Below the pieces are notes generated by a model, which saw only the letters and a list, made by a program, of their open reading frames with translations, did not search any database and was not told the DNA's origin. A stretch of 64,000 bases of DNA from the NCBI GenBank assembly GCA_963724325.1, contig CAVRUH010000007.1:128001-192000 (forward strand). Direction: 5' to 3'. How positions within the stretch are numbered: the stretch's first letter is position 1; every line of letters begins with the position of its first letter. This document shows, piece after piece, positions 59,738 through 64,000 of the stretch. This DNA is from Waddliaceae bacterium. Lineage in GTDB: Bacteria; Chlamydiota; Chlamydiia; Chlamydiales; Waddliaceae. A program made the position numbers and the translations under genes.

Positions 59738-61016
59738 TTATTTCTTAGCTGGAAAAACTGTAAGGCTTTTTCCTTTGATGATGACATTTCTAGCTACACA
59801 AGTAGGTGGGGGACTAGTTCTTGGAGCCGCTGAAGAGGCCTATATATTTGGATGGCCAGTGCTATTATATCCTCTGGGATCTGCTCTTGGGCTTATGTTG
59901 CTTGGGTGCGGCATTGGTCGTAGATTAGCAGGTTTTCAAGTTTCCACTGTTTCGCAAATCTTTGAAGTGGTCTACGGATCGCCATTTTTAAGAAAAATAA
60001 CATCGATTTTATCGGTGATCGCTTTGTTCATGGTGCTTGTGGCGCAAATCATAGCCTCAAACAAGTTTTTGATTAGCATGGGGTTCAGCAATGTTCCTCT
60101 TTTCATTGTGTTTTGGGCAATTGTGATTATCTATACTGCGCAGGGAGGACTGAAAGCAGTGATCTCCACTGACATGGTTCAGGCAGCTTTCTTTTCGTTT
60201 ATTTTTCTGCTTTGTTTTGGATTTGTCCTTTATACAAATACTTCAATCGCATCAGTGGGATTGCCGCAATTGGAGCAATTTTCAGAGGTTTCTTCAAAAT
60301 TTTGTGGATGGCTTTTAATGCCCCTTCTTGTTGTAGTGATAGAACAAGATTATGCGCAACGTTGCTTTGCAGGTAATTCTCCCAAAATTGTAACCAAGGC
60401 CTCCTTCCTAGCTGGTATTTTCACCATGATTGTTTGTATTGTACCCGTTTTCTTTGGTGCCCTCGCAAATAGTATGAATCTCGAAATCCCTGCGGGAAGC
60501 AGCGTATTAATGGAAGTGATTGCAATAACCACAAATCCGTGGATTGCGGCACTTGTCGGATGTGCAGTGTTGGCTGCAATTATTTCAACAGCTACTTCCC
60601 TTATCAACGCCATTAGCTCGAATTTATCGAGTGACTTTAAATTAGCCGTTCTTGAACGTTTCGATACGATACGTATAGTGCAATGGACCACCTGTACTAT
60701 TTCGATCGCAGCCATATTTTTCGCATTCTATTTTGATAATATCGTTGATATGTTGATTCAAAGTTATGAGCTTTCGGTTAGCTGTATGTTTGTTCCCGTT
60801 CTTATTGCTTTGTTTAAGAAAAGAGGAAATTTTCTGGCGGCATGTATTGCTATGATATTTGGTGCTTTAGCATTTGTTTACTTTCGGATATGCCCTATAG
60901 AGTTTCCAAGAGAAATTGCGAGTATCTTGTTATCGTTCATGGGATATTTTTTGGGTGAAATGATCGCTAGGTACAGTGCAAGTAAGATCAAGTCGGTTGA
61001 AAGAGCAGTTTTATGA
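59640..61016 (+). CDS. Sodium:solute symporter family transporter
   Basis: DDYFLAGK, ATQVGGG..LG, YT..GGLKAV..TD..Q, QDYAQR, LAAIISTA; many transmembrane segments. Confidence 0.92.
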   Translation: MNVSIFVSMLFILQFIYWAVGRRSSKNLSGKDDYFLAGKTVRLFPLMMTFLATQVGGGLVLGAAEEAYIFGWPVLLYPLGSALGLMLLGCGIGRRLAGFQVSTVSQIFEVVYGSPFLRKITSILSVIALFMVLVAQIIASNKFLISMGFSNVPLFIVFWAIVIIYTAQGGLKAVISTDMVQAAFFSFIFLLCFGFVLYTNTSIASVGLPQLEQFSEVSSKFCGWLLMPLLVVVIEQDYAQRCFAGNSPKIVTKASFLAGIFTMIVCIVPVFFGALANSMNLEIPAGSSVLMEVIAITTNPWIAALVGCAVLAAIISTATSLINAISSNLSSDFKLAVLERFDTIRIVQWTTCTISIAAIFFAFYFDNIVDMLIQSYELSVSCMFVPVLIALFKKRGNFLAACIAMIFGALAFVYFRICPIEFPREIASILLSFMGYFLGEMIARYSASKIKSVERAVL

Positions 61017-61666
61017 AAAGTAGAATTGCAACAATCGCGGAGTTGCAGCAAATTAGGTGCTGTGAAAATGGAGAGCTTCTTGTGAGTTTGACTGACGAAT
61101 GCCCTGATATCATTTGTGAGTATCGCAGAAAAGATTCTGACCAGAACAAAGTTTTGGTCAGAAAATCTGTTTGTAAAAGGCTGCAAAAGGTGCAAAGCAA
61201 GCTTTGTGCTTACGATTCTCAACTGAGACTTTTGGTTGTAGAGGGATACCGGAGCCCTGTTTATCAGGAGTCTTACTATTTGAAAGAACTTCTCACTCAA
61301 TATAAGGAAGAGCCTGACTTGGACTTTGAGGCCCTTTTGGAGAGGGTGCATCAATTAGTCGCCCTTCCAAGTGTTGCCGGGCACCCCACCGGTGGAGCTA
61401 TTGATTTATCAATTGTGCGTGGTGAAGATGAATTGGATATGGGAGGGAGAATTGCAGACTTCAGTATTCCAGCAATGCTTCCAACGCATTCACCATTTAT
61501 CACCCCGGAGCAAGCAAAATGGCGCTTTCAGCTTCATGATTTAATGGTTGATGAAGGTTTTGCGCCATTTTATGGAGAGTGGTGGCACTTTTCCTATGGA
61601 GATCGTGAATGGGCTGCATTTTATGGCATGCAAGAAGCATTTTACACTTCAATTTTATTGTGTTAA
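61013..61666 (+). CDS. M15 D-Ala-D-Ala dipeptidase family (VanX/DdpX-like)
   Basis: LLVVEGYRSP, AGHPTGGAIDL, EWWHFSYGD. Confidence 0.9.
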   Translation: MKSRIATIAELQQIRCCENGELLVSLTDECPDIICEYRRKDSDQNKVLVRKSVCKRLQKVQSKLCAYDSQLRLLVVEGYRSPVYQESYYLKELLTQYKEEPDLDFEALLERVHQLVALPSVAGHPTGGAIDLSIVRGEDELDMGGRIADFSIPAMLPTHSPFITPEQAKWRFQLHDLMVDEGFAPFYGEWWHFSYGDREWAAFYGMQEAFYTSILLC

Positions 61667-61697
61667 AAATTTGATGCCCTTGTATGAAGACTTTTGG

Positions 61698-62483
61698 TTA
61701 CTTGGTTTTTACAGCTCCCATAATTTTTTCGATGAGTGGGGATGAAAGTGCCAAGTATGCTATTTTATTTCGGATATCTTTCGGCATTTTCTGTGTAGAA
61801 TGGTATCGTTCCGTGAAATGCTTCCAAGCGCAAAAAACACTGAGTAATGATTTATAATGAGGATTATGTGATAATTCGGAATTGGAATCGCTTGTACAAA
61901 TAAGGTTTATTGTAATAGTATCAATATTTGACTGATTCCTAAGATTTTTAATTACTTTGCATTTGCATAAATCGTGCAATAAGATTAAAGAAGCCATTAA
62001 AGATGTTTTGTACGTTGCATCCTCCTTGGACCACTCTATATGATCAGGTCGAGTATTTTTAAAAATGCCTAGATCATTACTCAAATAATCATCAGAAAGT
62101 TGCTCAAGATTGAAGGTTTCCGATCGCAACTGAGTATCATCTTTTAAAAGTTTTTCTAGTAATATTTTTTGAAAATCGGAAGAATTATTCATTGATGCAA
62201 AGGCAACCAGCAGTAAGGCAGTTTGGCCTTTTGAAGGATAACTATTATCACAGGCTGGTAGTTGTAAAAGTTTCACCATATTTGGAATATTCCGTGAGCG
62301 ATGATCGTCTTTTATTTCATTTGCAGAATCTATCATGGCTTTCCCCAATGCCTTAAAGTCTGTAAAAAAATAATTGGGGTTATTTGCGTGAAGATTACTT
62401 GCCGTTGGTGTATAGAAATAAAGGTTTGTTAAATAATAATTCTCGTCAAGTGGATCAAAATTACTCATAATAGCTGCGTGCAT
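61698..62483 (-). CDS. Hypothetical protein, tandem paralog A
   Basis: Aligns with 62688-63551 (FKAL.K..IDSANEIK..HRSRNIPN, KTSLMASLIL, FCAWK, KMPKDI..KI). Confidence 0.75.
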   Translation of the reverse strand: MHAAIMSNFDPLDENYYLTNLYFYTPTASNLHANNPNYFFTDFKALGKAMIDSANEIKDDHRSRNIPNMVKLLQLPACDNSYPSKGQTALLLVAFASMNNSSDFQKILLEKLLKDDTQLRSETFNLEQLSDDYLSNDLGIFKNTRPDHIEWSKEDATYKTSLMASLILLHDLCKCKVIKNLRNQSNIDTITINLICTSDSNSELSHNPHYKSLLSVFCAWKHFTERYHSTQKMPKDIRNKIAYLALSSPLIEKIMGAVKTK

Positions 62484-62687
62484 AAAAAACTCCTTGTTTG
62501 TGATTAAAATTATTTAATTCTTTTTCTGGATCATCGACTTAACTTTGATTTTTCAACAAAAAGCGCAGTAAATATCCAAATTTCCTATATTATAATAAAA
62601 TTTCGGGATTTGTCAATCCGCTTTGCCATTTGATATTTTGTGGTTTGCATTTATTTTCTTTAAGATATGCCCTATGCAAAGCAAGCT

Positions 62688-63551
62688 TTAATTTGCTTCA
62701 TGATTTTTGGTTTTTACAGCTCCCATAATTTTTTCGATGAGTAAGGGTGAATATGCCTGATATACCAAGCTTGTTATTTTCTTTAGGATATCTTTCGGCA
62801 TCTTCAGACTAGTGTATTGTACCATATCATACTTCCAAGCGCAAAATAATGTTAGTAATGATTTATTGAGTAAGGATATATCAAGAGGAATAGGTGATAA
62901 CTTGGAATCTGTACAAATATTGTTTATTGCAATACTATCAATATTTTTTCCATCATAAATAGTTTCAATTACTTTGCATTTTACTAAATCGTACATTAAG
63001 ATTAAAGAAGCCATTAAAGATGTCTTGAACATTGTATCATGTTGTTGTTTTTCTGAAGGGGTTCCCTTAAATTCGTGCAAGCCAAACTTTTTCTCGTACA
63101 TGTGTACAGGTGTGTTTTGATCAATTTTAAAATTTTTTAGCTCACTACTCAAATAAGTATATGAAAGTTCATCAACATCGAAGACTTCCGACTTTAAACT
63201 AGTATACGACATAATAAATCGATTTGTTAAAAGTTTTTCTATTATTTTTTTTTTAAATTCGGAGAAAGTATCCATTGATGCAAAGGCAACTAGCAGTAAG
63301 GCCTTTTGGGCTTTTGAAGGATAACTATTATCACTTAGTGGTTGTTGTAAATTTTTCACTATATTTGGAATATTTCGTGAGCGATGACCTGTTTTTATTT
63401 CATTTGCAGAATCTATCAAGGCTTTACTCAAGGCCTTAAAGTTTGTATAATAATAATCGGCGTCTTTGGCGTGAAGATCTAGGCCCCAATCGATTCTTAT
63501 TTTTTCACTGGCATCATAAAAGATAGGAAGACTATTATCAGGTACGTTCAT
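62688..63551 (-). CDS. Hypothetical protein, tandem paralog B
   Basis: As above; the upstream ~140 bp is also duplicated. Confidence 0.75.
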   Translation of the reverse strand: MNVPDNSLPIFYDASEKIRIDWGLDLHAKDADYYYTNFKALSKALIDSANEIKTGHRSRNIPNIVKNLQQPLSDNSYPSKAQKALLLVAFASMDTFSEFKKKIIEKLLTNRFIMSYTSLKSEVFDVDELSYTYLSSELKNFKIDQNTPVHMYEKKFGLHEFKGTPSEKQQHDTMFKTSLMASLILMYDLVKCKVIETIYDGKNIDSIAINNICTDSKLSPIPLDISLLNKSLLTLFCAWKYDMVQYTSLKMPKDILKKITSLVYQAYSPLLIEKIMGAVKTKNHEAN

Positions 63552-63877
63552 AAAAAAACTCCTTGTTTGTAATTAAAATTATTTATTTTTTTCTGGATTA
63601 TTGACTCAAGTTTGATTTTTCATCAAAAAATGCATAAAATATCCAGATTTTATAAATTATAAATAAAATTTCGGGATTTGTCAATTCCTATTTAATATGG
63701 TTTCGGGAAAGTAGGGGCACATGTTGACCCCCCTACCACCTATGATAAGATTAAATTAAAGTGTTTAGGAACCAAATATAAAGAGAAATTAATGTATGCA
63801 ATGAAAGTTTATTATGAAGATATAAAAATAATTTTAAACATTCCTAGAAAAATTTGAATATAATAAGGCAATGAAAA

Positions 63878-64000
63878 TTAAAGTTGGCTTCGATTGTGCA
63901 TTGCCACCACTGCCCTGCGAAATTCTGCTGGTTGTATGGTTAGCGATAAATCATCCCCTGTTATTTTATCTTTCACATACTTCTCATAAACGTTCAGGCT
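63878..64000 (-). CDS. 3' end of a gene that extends beyond the window
   Basis: Open frame SLNVYEKYVKDKITG...HNRSQL* up to the window edge. Confidence 0.4.
   Translation of the reverse strand, partial: SLNVYEKYVKDKITGDDLSLTIQPAEFRRAVVAMHNRSQL

Noticed and set aside
61013..61666. Vancomycin resistance cluster
   Set aside because: No vanA/vanH/vanRS; M15 dipeptidases are widespread

Overview
Low-GC bacterial chromosome segment, most likely from an environmental member of the Chlamydiota (long chlamydial-type LepB with its usual neighbour, ankyrin/Sel1/macro/IQ proteins with hydrophobic N-termini; taxon is an inference). 1-15 kb: two tandem ankyrin-like paralogs, a collapsed partial duplication, then dus, prpD-prpC, lepB, pncB-pncA and a DUF167 gene. 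At 15091-15164 is a tRNA-Ile2-like (CAT) gene whose 3' half, starting at the anticodon loop, recurs five more times (23270, 28444, 32305, 39919, 41533). These copies delimit a stack of five islands. Each island ends with an 11-bp-period tandem motif 134-139 bp upstream of the core, several begin with the same 128-aa gene, and none has a recognisable intact integrase. Cargo includes a PLD + two ADP-ribosyltransferase-like paralogs + 2H-phosphoesterase module, a lysozyme-like/RsiV-like pair, decayed AbiE genes, two HEPN-motif proteins, an XRE-DUF4065/RelE-like TA pair, an HNH-type protein and an IQ-motif kinase-like protein. 41.5-53 kb holds assorted enzymes, a dispersed palindrome family, a 213-bp palindrome and a promoter/uORF cassette shared by two unrelated genes. 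53-57 kb is a general-stress cluster. At 57.7-61.7 kb an unannotated His-rich leader peptide precedes a racemase / unknown protein / Na+:solute symporter / D,D-dipeptidase operon. All family assignments are from motifs recognised by eye; no searches were run.
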